A stretch of 64,000 bases of DNA from Amoebophrya sp. A120 (lineage: Eukaryota; Protista; Dinoflagellata): NCBI GenBank assembly GCA_905178155.1, contig CAJINV010000003.1, positions 1,122,204 to 1,186,203 on the forward strand, in the 5' to 3' direction. Under the pieces are notes generated by a model. That model had not been told where the DNA came from, ran no database searches, and worked only from the letters and a program-made list of their open reading frames with translations. Shown piece by piece: positions 1 to 11,493 of the stretch. Every line of letters starts with the position of its first letter. Position 1 is the stretch's first letter. Made by a program: the position numbers and the translations under genes.

Positions 1-3000
1 TGTTCCTCTGGCGGAGGAACGTTGGCCCAGTTTCGTACCGCTTTCAGACGTTGTTCTTGACGCTTCTTTTGCAAAGCCCGAAGCTTCTCCGAGGCCGATA
101 CCGGCCGAGGCACAGCACTTGTTTTTGCATCTGGCTTATTTTCCACCGGCGGTGGTGCGGTTTGCGGACGAATCTTGTGCCCATTGAGCTCCAGTTTTGC
201 ACTTTCGACCCGTTCCCGCGCACGGGCGATCAGCGACTCGTTAACGCCCTGCGACGCGGTGTTTTCCACACTCTCACGCAGATACGCCACTGTTTGATCT
301 CCGGAGCCTGCGCGAGCGCGCGCAACGGCTCTGCTGGACGGTGTTGTAGCACTGGAAGATGATGAGCTCGCGGCCCCCGTTTGGGGTTGGACCACGACCG
401 CGCCGCCCCGGTCCTGCACGGCAGCTGTTTGGTTCACCGAGTGCTCCAGCTCTCGCCGGAGCAACGTGTTTTGTTGCTCCAAATTTCGCAAGGCCTGCTC
501 GACCGCGTACAGCTTCGTTTCAAACAGATGCTCGCGCTCGTACTCCTCCACTTCGATCGTCCCAGGGGCAAAGGAAACGCTCCGCGGCTTCAGCATCGCG
601 GACGAGGAGGAAGACAAGCCTGAGCCAGAGACAAGCGTAGGATCGTCGGATAGTTCATTGGGGCCTGATCTACCAGCGTGTACCAATCCCCGTGATGAAT
701 TATTTTCACCAAAACTTCTCGAGGTGGAAGATACCGCGCCCCCGCCGGACTTGCTCAACGGCGTTGGCGGCGTCGCGGGAACGGGCTGCTTGCGTGTCCG
801 CACCACGGGCAGTCGTTCTCTTTCTGCCTCGTACCGCAGCTTGTTGCTCAGCTCCATCAATTGGCTCCGTTCGAACCGCAGCTTTTCGCCGTCGGTTTGC
901 AGCTCCGTCACGCGACCGCGAAGACTGCTGAGCTCTTGCTCCTTGCAATCAAGCAACTCCTCGTACTTTGCCTTGACCAGGTGCAGCGTCTCCTCGCTCT
1001 TTCGCATCTTCCGCAGATTCGTGGCCTCGGCAACCAGGGACTGATGCTCACTGGCGGCTGCCTTAGCGGCTACCGCACGGACCCGACTCTGGGCCGCCTC
1101 GACAAGTGAGGACGGACCTCCAGTGGCACCGCTGGCTGGTTGGTCCGGCGAAGAGGAACCGGGAAATTTCTCCGGCGTCAGGGTTCGCTGCCTGCTGTCT
1201 ACTTCATCTTCCCCGTTCATCAGCTGGCGTCTCTCCGCGGCGAGTCTCATTTGCGCCATAACCTCGCGTATCTCTAGCAGCTGGTGCCGCAAGGAGTCGT
1301 TTTCCTTGCGGAGCTCGGCCTCGACTTCCTCACGGTCGTCGAACGGCAGCGACAGTACCTGCTTTTTGTTCTTTTCGAGCTCTGGAGACGTAAGCGAACT
1401 CGTAAGCGTTCCGCCCCCGACATTATTTGCAGTACGCCTTGCTGCAGCGGAGGAGCCCCCGGTGAGCTTCTTGCCCGACGTCGCACTGGCGGAGTTAGAA
1501 GGGGACCCCACCAATATGTGCCCGAAGTCGCCCGAAAAAAGCGGGTTGAAGTCGTCCTTGATATTTCTACTACTCGCACCGCTGTTCCGCCATGCCTGCT
1601 GGTGCTGTTCTATGCGCTGTTTGTGATACTCGACCTCTGCCTGCAGCCGCTCCTGGTCCCGTTTGTGCGTTAGTGTGTCGTCCTCCTTCTCTGCACGCAA
1701 AATGTCGAGTTCCCCACAAAGCTCGGTGACGCGTCGCTGCTCCGCAAGAAATCTGTTTGACGAAAAAAATTGTCGCAGCTGCTCATCGTGGTTCTTCTTT
1801 TACTTTTGTGTTTTCATCGCAGCGCTGAATACAATCAAACTTCATCGAACAAAGCCCCGAATAAAGCGGCCGAGCAAGCACTGCTGGTAAATTCAATTAT
1901 ACTTCTTCCTCATCTCTTCCGTCTCCTCCCGTTTCCGATTGTTTTTTTCTTGCTCCGCGTCGATGAGGCCTTGCAAACTTGCGATTTCGCGGCGGTGTTC
2001 GTCCTCCAGCCGCTCCACGGTGCGTTCAGTATTGGCCGCGTTCCGATCGCGCTCCGTCACGAGTTCCTGCTGCTTCTGGTCGACTCTCCGGTCCAGCTCC
2101 TCGCGCATTGCTCGCTGCTTGATCTCGTGCTCCCGCTGCGCGGCGTCCACTTTCTCGAGGCACAAGCGCTCCATCTCGCGAATCCGCCGGTTGGCGTCCT
2201 GCTTGAGCCATTCCACCTCGCGATCATGGTCCTCCTTGGCGCGTTCCAGACGCCGCTCATACTCGTCGGCGTCGCGGGTCGAAACCTGCTGCAGCTGCTG
2301 AATTTTCTCCGCGTCCTCGCGCTCGCGCTTGTCCAGCAGGGACCGTGTGGTCTCTAATTGCTCCAGCAGCTGCTTCCGCTCGCTGCCAAACTCGGCGCCG
2401 TCGCGCTCGTGGTCGCGGGTCACCCGGTCCAACAGCGACGACACCTCGCGCCGGCTCTCCTCCGCGGTGGCGTATTGTCGTTGCAGCTGGGTGAACTGGT
2501 CCACCACGGAACTGCGCTCGGCGTGCACCGCAGCCAGCTCGCGCGTCAGTGTATCCTGCCGCTTTTCCAAATCCTCCACCTGGTGCTTCCACAGAGCTTC
2601 TTTCGACGACTGTTCTGCCGTCTTGGTCTTCAGCTCCTGCCGAAAGGTCTCCTGTAGCTCCTGTACGCGCCCGTCGTGCCGCCGCTCTTGCTCCGCCACA
2701 AAGGCGTCCTTCGAAGTGCGGAGCTGTGGCGAGTACAGTACGGAAAAGAGTACAGATCAAATGTCATCCTTTTGTTGAAGACGCGTCTCGTCTGCTTTCT
2801 TTGTTGAAAAAATTGTTTTTTTAGTAAGTACGCAGCAGCATGATCCTAGGTGTACTTCCTGACGATCCTGAGAATCAAGACGAACAACTCTATTACTTCT
2901 ACTGAGCGAACAAAAACTTGCAAAAATTAGGAGGCTACGAACCTTCTGCATTTGCTCTTTGTGGCGCTGTTCCGCAGTTGTGCCCATCTCCTCGAGCTCG

Positions 3001-3586
3001 GCGATTCGTCGCTTCAAGCTCTCCGTCTGTCCCAGCACCGCCTTGACTTCGGTTTCCTTTTCGGCCAGGTGGCGCGCGTGTTCGTCCGACGTGGTAGCAA
3101 GGTGGTCCTGCAGCGTGAGCACCAACGTCTCGCGCTCCGCCAGACGCGACTGCAGCTTCGTCATCGTCACGTCGTGCATCGCAAGCTCCTTGTCGCGCTC
3201 TTCCAACAGCGACAAATTGTACTTGAAGTCGTTCTGCAGGCGGGCAAAATCGTGCCGCAAGTTTACCTACAGGGATTGGAACCAACAAGTAGTCGCAGCG
3301 TATGTTATTTATAGTCATACCCTGTTGGCTATTGCGGTACGAAATCTTTGAATGATTGTGGTAGCATGCAAAACAAACGGCACGCGCACGGGAAGAGGCA
3401 TATGATCAAGCAGTATCTCATAGTTAGTACGACGTCTTCCTCGCGCTTCTGAATCACCGACTCCAGCTCCTGGAAGTGGGCAGCATGCAGTGACTGCATC
3501 TCCGCTTCCTTGTGCTTGAACAAGTCTCGCATCGATGTCACGTCGCCGCTCGTGTTGAGCGTTCGTAGAGACGGGGAATTTGGCAT
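1..3586 (-). CDS. CCDC57-like coiled-coil protein, 3' end runs off the window
   Basis: Exons 3586-3431, 3266-2943, 2723-1903 and 1752-<1 join in frame via GT-AG introns. N-terminal 'RDLFKHKEAEMQSL...LQNDFKYNLSLLEERDKELAMHD' resembles the CCDC57 N-terminus (EDFVYNLQVLEERDLELERYD); the remainder is E/R/Q-rich coiled coil. Confidence 0.7.
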
Positions 3587-3949
3587 GTTGATGTACTTAA
3601 AGCCCGAGTAGCCCAACACTGACGTACAACTATCCGGGATGGTTTTTCAGATTCGGGCACAGAGGAACGTCAGCCGCCACGACTGAGACGCATAGCTCGC
3701 GGAAGCGGAGCCGCCAAGTGGTCATTTTGCTGATACTTCATATCACAGGTACGGGGGGGCACGATCTGCTGCCATCTGGCGGACGTCTGCCGCTCCTCTT
3801 TTGCTCCTACTGCCCACGGAAATTGCGGCTGCGGTAGGCAAAGCTCTAATACAGTGACAGTGACAGTGAGTTGGATAGAATATAAAGATGCTCGAGAATG
3901 AGGTAGCGGTGGGCCGCGGCCGTCTCTCGGACTTTGGAACAGACAACTC

Positions 3950-5510
3950 ATACGGACTTGGTGCGAGCTACGGGTCGCTACACCGTACCGCGTAGCACGG
4001 CTGCTTCATGCAATCAACGAACACCGAAAAGGCGGCGAGTGTCCGGGAAAAGGGGGCTTACAAGACCACGAACGCTGAGACTCGGGATCTTTCAATCTCA
4101 CATCGATCGGACGGACGGCGCCTTCGCGCGCGGCACGAGGCCTCGTAGGCTGGCGAGCAGGTACAACGGCCGGGGGCCCTTCGAATGCGCGGCGGCGCCC
4201 GAACGTACCTACGGGGCTAGCGCAAGGAGCAGAGGCTGCTTGCAAAACAAAGCGATGCCGGCAGGGCGGTTCCCGTGCCCCACAAAGCTGCGGGGGCGAG
4301 CGGGCGCGAAGCGCGGCATCCATGCCCGCCCCCAAAACGAAGAACGAAGGAAGGAAGCACGGGCCCGGCGGCCCAGCAAACAGAAGGGGCCCCGGCCGGG
4401 TTGCCTGGCTCGCTGCTAAGGCCCGGCCGGCCGCCCCCCACAAGACACGGGAACACCCCTGGGCGCGCCCGGCCGGGCGCCCACAGTTAGAAAGCGGGCC
4501 CGCGGGTGGGCCGCCGGGCCTCACGTCCGTCCGAGCGTGGGCCAGAAAGGCGCGCGGCCCTCCCGCGCCAGCGGCGTAGCGGCTTGAGGGGCGGCCCTGC
4601 TTGCGTCCACAGCCAATCCATCCACTCGTGGGTGGGTCCGTTGACAGCATAGCACTGCTGCCCGGCGGCGCTTTTCGCGACATGGTCAGGCGTAGACGCG
4701 CCGCCGGCTCCTGTTCGCCCGGAGGAACATCCTGCCGCCCGCCGTGCCGGGGGGCGCGCGGGCGCCTGCCCAGTCGGGGCAGGGCCGCCAGCCACCGGGC
4801 AACGCAGCGTCCGGGCGCAAACACCGACAAAATGAAACCGCGGGGGGGCCACCCATCATTCAAATAGAGGCGGGAAACTTCGCCGTCTCGCTTGCGCGCT
4901 TCTGCCATTCCACCGCGGGCGCCGGGGTGTAGCAATGCGAGGGCCAAAGCTGCAGCCTGCTGCAGCCCAGCGCGGCGCCCGAGGGAAGCACGGCCGCGCT
5001 ACCCGTCTTCTCTTCTTTGTTCCCGCGCGCCTCCACTTGTTTCCGGGGCAGGGGGGGCGGTCGCCCTATCCATCGCCAACAGCGCCGCGCCTCTTGTCGG
5101 TCGAGCTCCGGGACGGGATGCCCGTCGCGTCCTCCGATGGCCATCAACCAAAAAATCTTACGCCCGCTACGGACCATAGCGGAGCAGCAAGCCCACACGG
5201 CGACGGAGCAGGAGCAACCGGGCCCCCCCCCGGCGGAGGGGCCCCCGGCGGGGCCCCGAGCAGTTGCCAGACAGCGCGCCATCCTGGACCCGCAAAGCCC
5301 TCGGGACTTCCATGCTTGGCCTGCGAAAATTTCGCGCCACGCAACTCATCGCGGGAAAGGCTGGCGGCTGCTTGCACCAGCGGGCTCACGCCCGCGCCCC
5401 GGCATCGATCTGCTGGCCTGTTTCCCGAGAAAGTTGACGCGAAGGGCGCGCCTTGCCCTCACGCGCAAGCTCCCGGATCCTGTAAAAAAGGTCACGCGTG
5501 CAACTCGTAG
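3950..5510. other. GC-rich anomalous intergenic tract (degenerate sequence or low-quality assembly)
   Basis: Very GC-rich and full of short homopolymer runs; many overlapping R/G/P/A-rich ORFs with no recognisable domain. Confidence 0.4.
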
Positions 5511-5721
5511 GTCTGCTAGATCTGCTCAAGCTCAACCGCAAGGAAGTACTTTATCTTCAAGAAGAACACGAACAATGCTTCTACTGCAGCACCCGATGAG
5601 TGCTCGACTTCCACCAGCCGTTTCTCGCACAATGTCAATGCAGCTCGCAAGGCAACGTTTTTTTGCAACACGCTCGTGGAGAGGGCGCGTTCGAATTACA
5701 TCACTGCAGCTGCAGCACCTT

Positions 5722-8700
5722 CTAATGATCCTCTTCCTCTTTAGCAATGTAAAAGTCGTCCGGGTGTACTGGATGACAGAGCATTGGCTTGCTTGAGTGT
5801 TTACTTGGGTTGAAAGTCAGAGGATCTTGGTTTTGCCAAGCGTAGTGAAATTCAGCGCTCTCGCGGAGCGAAAGCTCTTTCATTCCATTCACCATGATTG
5901 CGACAAGCAGCTGTTCTCCGAACAGGAAGACGACCATGAACAGGAAAAATTGCACCAGCAATTCCAGCGTGCTCGTAGTAGCCAACGCGAGAGGTACCTC
6001 GCTCGCAGAAGCAGCGTGACTCTTGCTGCGACTGAGTGCGCCTGCCGCAGCGTTGGGATTGTCGTCGCGACCCGCAAATACGCCAGAAAACGCCTGTTCA
6101 CTACTTAGCAAGCGGCAGCCCGCCATCAGCACGAACCAGCCCTGGCTCCCCGCGTAGCGACTCGTGTGAAAGGCCGAGAGCAGTAGCACGGCGGTCCCCA
6201 GCAATGGCAGGATCACGAAGGCGCAGGTGGAAAAGAAAAGCGGCCGCATAGCCCGTAGAAGAATGCTCTTCGCAAGTTTCAGTTGCGGAAAAAAACCAAT
6301 GAAGTATCGCAGGGCCAGGGTGTTCATGCAGAGAAGCAAAATCACCAGCGTTGCCTGCAGTCCCCACTGCCCGGAGGAAGCCGCTGCGATCTTCTCGCTC
6401 ACCGTCAGTGGAATTGCCGTTGTTGTGGACGTGGTAGTTGTACTATTCCCGGTCTGTAGTAACCGGACGATAGAAGATCCAGAATCCTTCAAGCCTTTTT
6501 CCGCGATAGAAGTTTCTGTTTCCCTAGCGGGTAAAAACTGATCACCCGAGGACAAAACCGATTCGCTCTGCCAAGATGAACTACTGGTGACAATTTCGGT
6601 TATTTCCTGCCGGGCGTTGTTTGGTCCATCGAAAGTACTAGCTCCGTACTGGTAATTTTCTCGGCCGTATGGTGGACCAGCAATTTTACGCCAAAACCAC
6701 GCAGCGAGGCCTGAGTTCGCCCCCTCGCGCGGTTCGGTGGGGAGGTTTCCTACTTCGCTGGAATCAAAAACCCCAGTCGACATCCCTTCCTCCTCTTCCA
6801 ATCTCCTACTCGACAAAGAACTCGTCGTGCTGTTGGCGCCGGTTCTCTCCAGCGCCAGCTCCTCCGCCGTGTCGGTGCCGACGGCCCACAGACTGGTGGA
6901 AAAGAACATGATCATGAAGGTGAGCAGCACGATGAACAGCAAGAGCTGCAGGCCGTGCGAGTAGAGCGAAAATCGTTCCGCCTCCTCCTTAAAGTGCGGC
7001 TTCACGATCCGCCGCAGGGACAGGAGAAACACCGCGATCGAAAAGATGGTGGCGAAAACGATGAAAATGACCTGCCCGGTTGACGCGCCCTTCGTCGTCT
7101 GGTACTGCACCTGCAACACGGGGCCCACGCCGCCGGAATTCCGTATGTCGAACAAAAGCCGCGACACAACGAGCCCCTCCTCGTTCGAGTTGTAAAAGAA
7201 AGTGTTGAACAGAAAAGCCCGGGCGTAGGCGAGCGTTGTGTCCTTGGCGGTGAGCGCGGTCTGTAGGTCTGTTAGGAAGAGGCTTGCGCCCGTCGAGTCC
7301 AGCAAATAATCGGGATCGGCGCTCGCTTCCGGCAGGGGCAGGTCCTCTATGGACGTGCGGCACTGCGCAAAAAAATCTCCGAACATCTTCTGCACGGCAG
7401 CAGCGCGGTCATTCGGGCACGGGTAAACCGACTCCGTGTAGGACAAAGATGAACTAGTACTTTGCAGCGCACGTCCGCCTCGTTGCGATCGCATCAGCTG
7501 GGAGTCAACGACGGGGCTCTCGTTGGAGGGAGTCTCCTCTTCGGTACTCGACGGCGAAGTAGGTTCCAAAGATCCCGGCAAAGGTTCCGTCGCAACACCG
7601 GCGCGATCGCCATCGAAACTACTAGCAAGGAGACCGGTCGTTTTCGGTCTCTGCTCTGGCTGATCTTCCTCGTTAACCAGCTGCAATCGACGAAGAAGCG
7701 CCGTCAAATTGGTTCCGTTTGTGCCATTTGTGGCATTGACCACAGGTTCGACAGTGGTAGTGGTTGTGACCGCCGCAAAGCTTGTTGCCGACACGATGCC
7801 AGTTGTGATGAGCGTGAGACCTGAGAGGAAGATTGCAGATAAAAACTGATGAAAGAACTACCCGCACAAGGTTACGAATAGTGTTAGGCAGCCCGCAATA
7901 ACACACGAAAATAGCCAGAACAACATGTTTCGAAACTTTTCATTCCCATCGCACCCCGTCCGATCGGGGTTTCTACGAAAAGAAAGCGCCATCAAGACGA
8001 CAGGGAAGATCATCAACGTACCAGAAGTCGATATGTTCAAGGCTCCAAGTTTTGTCTCTAACGCCGCAAAGGTTGCATTCTGCAGCACCGCTACGTCGAG
8101 TGTCCGCATCACAGCCAAAGCTGCAACTGAGGTACGAGCATTCCCCCCACTGATGGTAATCTCTGTGGTTGCCGTGGCGGTCGTGAGCTGCCGCCGCAAC
8201 GGCCGCTCTTCCTCCGGCTCCTCCTGCTCTGCAGTATTACCCGTGGAGGTCCCCGCAGGATCTACTGGCGCTAGCAGAAGATTCCGCAGCAGGCGGGCCC
8301 ACGTGGTGACTGCGGTTGTTTGCGACACGCACACAGCCGCGGTCGCATAAACCGTCCCAGAGACTAGAGACGCACACAAGGTTTCGTACGTGGCTTCGTG
8401 GTAGAGGAGCTTCAACGTAGCCACCTCGGCGGTCGTGTAGTTCAAAAACGTCAATGACGCAGTAATGGTGTGCGTGCTCTGCGTTTGCTGCGTTGACAGC
8501 GTGCTCCCGAGCGGGGCCAAGACCAGCGTGTTGCTGGCCTGCGACGCCGCGGGCTCCGTCACGTACAGGTGCGCCTTCCCCAGTTGGAATAAGTTGTCCA
8601 CCGCATTGCTGGCATCTTCGGTGAGTGCCAACGGCAGTGCGCTGCGCCCGAACTCCATAAACGTCGGCCGCGTTCGCACTGCGGGGAGCGACTGCTGTGT

Positions 8701-10304
8701 GGCGGGGACGCGAGTGTCCCACACACTGAAGGGCGTGCTCAGTATCTGAATTTCTGCGAGGCGGCGTGGACTTATTTCTTCCTCCAAGTCTGGCAGTTCT
8801 TGCTCTGGATCATCGGCTGTAAGTTTTCTCTCTGCAGTGCTACTTGTGCTCGCAAGAACGTCATATTCACGAGCAAAAGCAGCTCCCTGCGTGCTCGCGA
8901 AGGCTTCTTGCTCCGCTGAAAGCGGATAAGTTGTATCCGTATCGGGAGAAATAGTAGAACCATTTTCGTCGCTCATCAGCTCCCTTGGCGTTGGCGGCTG
9001 CTCATCCATTATGCCTAGCAACCTCCGTCGCCTCGCAGCTGGGGGCAGGAACGCGAGTTGCGTTGGCGAAGGCGGCACGAAGGTCTCCCGATAACTCACT
9101 CGGCTCTGCAAGTTCAGCTGCACCTGCCGGAGATTAAACGCCGCGCTGCGGTCCGCGTCGAGAAACAAGTAGAGCATGACGACGAAGAGCAGAAACAGCA
9201 GGCACTCCACGAACCGGCACTGCAAGTCGAACACCGCCTTCTGTCGCTTGATCCGCCCGCGCTCGATCAGTTCCTGCAGGGTGGGGATTTTCGACGGGTC
9301 GACCGGATCCAAGTCAATTTCCATCTGGCCGCGCAGCTTCCGGTGCAGCGCCAGCTGCTGCTTCAAAAACGGGTGGTTGAAGGAGAAGTCCCGCCATTTT
9401 TGCCCCTTGGGCGCCAGCGTGTCCACCACGACCAATTCCGTGGTCGCCTTCACCAGGGTGAACCGGTAGTACTGGTTTGAGACCACGTAGTCACTGCCCG
9501 CGGGCAGGATGATCTCCCCCAGCGTCATGCTGTCCGGTACCAGCTGGCCCTCGCGGTCGAGGAAAAACACGATCTCCTGCTCCAGCCCCCAGTACTTCGC
9601 GGCCTGCTGCTGCAGGCTGAGAATCTTGGCATCCACCTGCACCATGAACACCGCGAGCAAGCTCCCGCTCCCCTCGACGACCGGCTTCCCCGTAACGGAC
9701 TTCACGTGGTACACGACCTCCACCTTCATCTCGTTCTTTGCGACGTTGGTCGGGGACGAAGCGGTTGAAGCATTTCCGGCTCCACCACCTCCACGACCCG
9801 CCGACCCTGTCCCTTTCTGCACGAGAAACTGCACCAGCACGTTGTTGCAGCCGGAGTGGCACTGAAAGAGTGCCTCGTCGGACAGCCCCGCGGACGCGTT
9901 TTCCTTCAACTCCGCCAGCCGGCCCTCGGTGGACGCGAGGTCGAGCGTAACGCGCTGCAGATCCTCCTGCGTTTCCAGCACTTCCTTCCCCTTTTTTTGC
10001 ACCAAGGCGTTGACGAGCTGGCCCTGCTTCGTGAGGTCGTGGACGATGCGCTCCAGCGTATGCACTGCAAAACTATCGTACTCGTACTATTAATCGCAGT
10101 CATGCATAACAAATCTCGATCTTAAGGAAAATCCGCATTACATTTCTCATGCTGAGCTAATTTGTGATGCAATTCATACATACTAGTACGTGCACGACAC
10201 TTTTGCGATGCATACAGCGCGTCCTTCTGCAAAATGCGGTCCACATGCTTCTCATCCACGATCCCCTCCACCACGTCCTGCTCCGTGCCCAGTCGCGGAT
10301 CCAT
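5722..10304 (-). CDS. Polycystin-2 (PKD2/TRPP)-like cation channel, about 1418 aa
   Basis: Exons 10304-10190, 10064-8022 and 7820-5722 (GT-AG, frames consistent). TM1 'FVECLLFLLFVVMLYLFL', long luminal loop ending in the polycystin motif 'ARAFLFNTFFYNSNEEGLVVSRLLFDIRNSGGVGP' (cf. TRAVFIDFSVYNAN...RLLVEFPATGGV), five further TM segments, S6-like 'FFLFMVVFLFGEQLLVAIMVNGMKEL'. Confidence 0.75.
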
Positions 10305-11493
10305 GATGTCGGGCAGAAAGTATATTCAAATGCCCCCCTCGACGTCGCCACACAGCTTTTAAAGGGAGTGAAAGCCAGGAGCGGTCGGCGACCGTACCTG
10401 CATGTGCGGCACGTGTCGCCCCGGAACGCTGGATGATGAAATCACCCGCGAAAAATTTTTATCGAGTCCAGCTCTTACCTCTGCATCTTTGTCCCGAGGT
10501 GCGCTTGGTCCTCGCGGCTATCGGTGCCATGCAAACGATCTTCTTGGAAACTCGAGCTGCAAGAACAACCTGTAGTGCCTCTCTACAGCGTCGAACATGA
10601 TGGCAGCCGCCTCTCCTCTGCATTTGGCTCTCGCGAAAACACTCCGAACATGGAATGGGGCCGAAGATAGAGAGCTGTTCATTTATCGCAGCGCGGTCGC
10701 TCTTGATTGTGAATAAGTCGAAATTCGAGAAGATACTCTCCAGCGCACTGTCTCGCCCATAGCGACAGTTCACGACGCTCCAAGGGTCATACGCCGGCAG
10801 TAGCTCCGATTCCGGTGCAAGGCACGGATTTCCTGGGATCCCATACGTTGGCGCAGCAATCGCAGCCGAATCTGCTATCTCGCGCAAGCCAGTACAACAG
10901 AAAAGCGCCGCTACGACCACGAGATGTGTGTGCCTATCGGCCGCACTGGGAAAATGATGGAATGGTGAGTAGAGGTAAGTACATGACATTGTCCAAAATG
11001 AAACCGCCATTGTACAGGTCTTTCGTACGTACACGTGAGATTTTTTGGCCATCGTACGACATTCATCTATTGCCGGTAGCTGGTGGACTAGCTGGTCGAA
11101 AAGCTCTGGTGTGTTAAAAGTGTTTGTGATACTCTGCACCGCAAAACAGTTGTCATTGGAAACTTCTAAAAAAATGTGGCTGCACAGGAGTACAACATAA
11201 ACTTTCCGCGAATTTCTACTGCATGTCTTCAGGTTGATTGTAACGTAAAGAAACATTTGAAAAAACTTTGTAAAGAGGCATTTCTTTGGACATTCTGAGT
11301 AAATTATTGCTTGAGTTGTCTATAAACGAAACTTGAACTTGTTGTGAGACTCACTCTACTTGTTGTTTTACATAGCATACTCTGATGAAATGCGAAATGG
11401 ACTTGAAACTTCGAAAATGTTCTCTCGAAGCGATTAGCGGCGTAATTCATGGTAAGTACCGCCAATGCTTTTCTGCCCTGGTTAAGAAGTATT

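Noticed and set aside
10459-11256. 265-aa minus-strand ORF between the PDE and PKD2-like genes
   Set aside because: Atypical composition, no domain and no convincing splice model; may be UTR or a relic.
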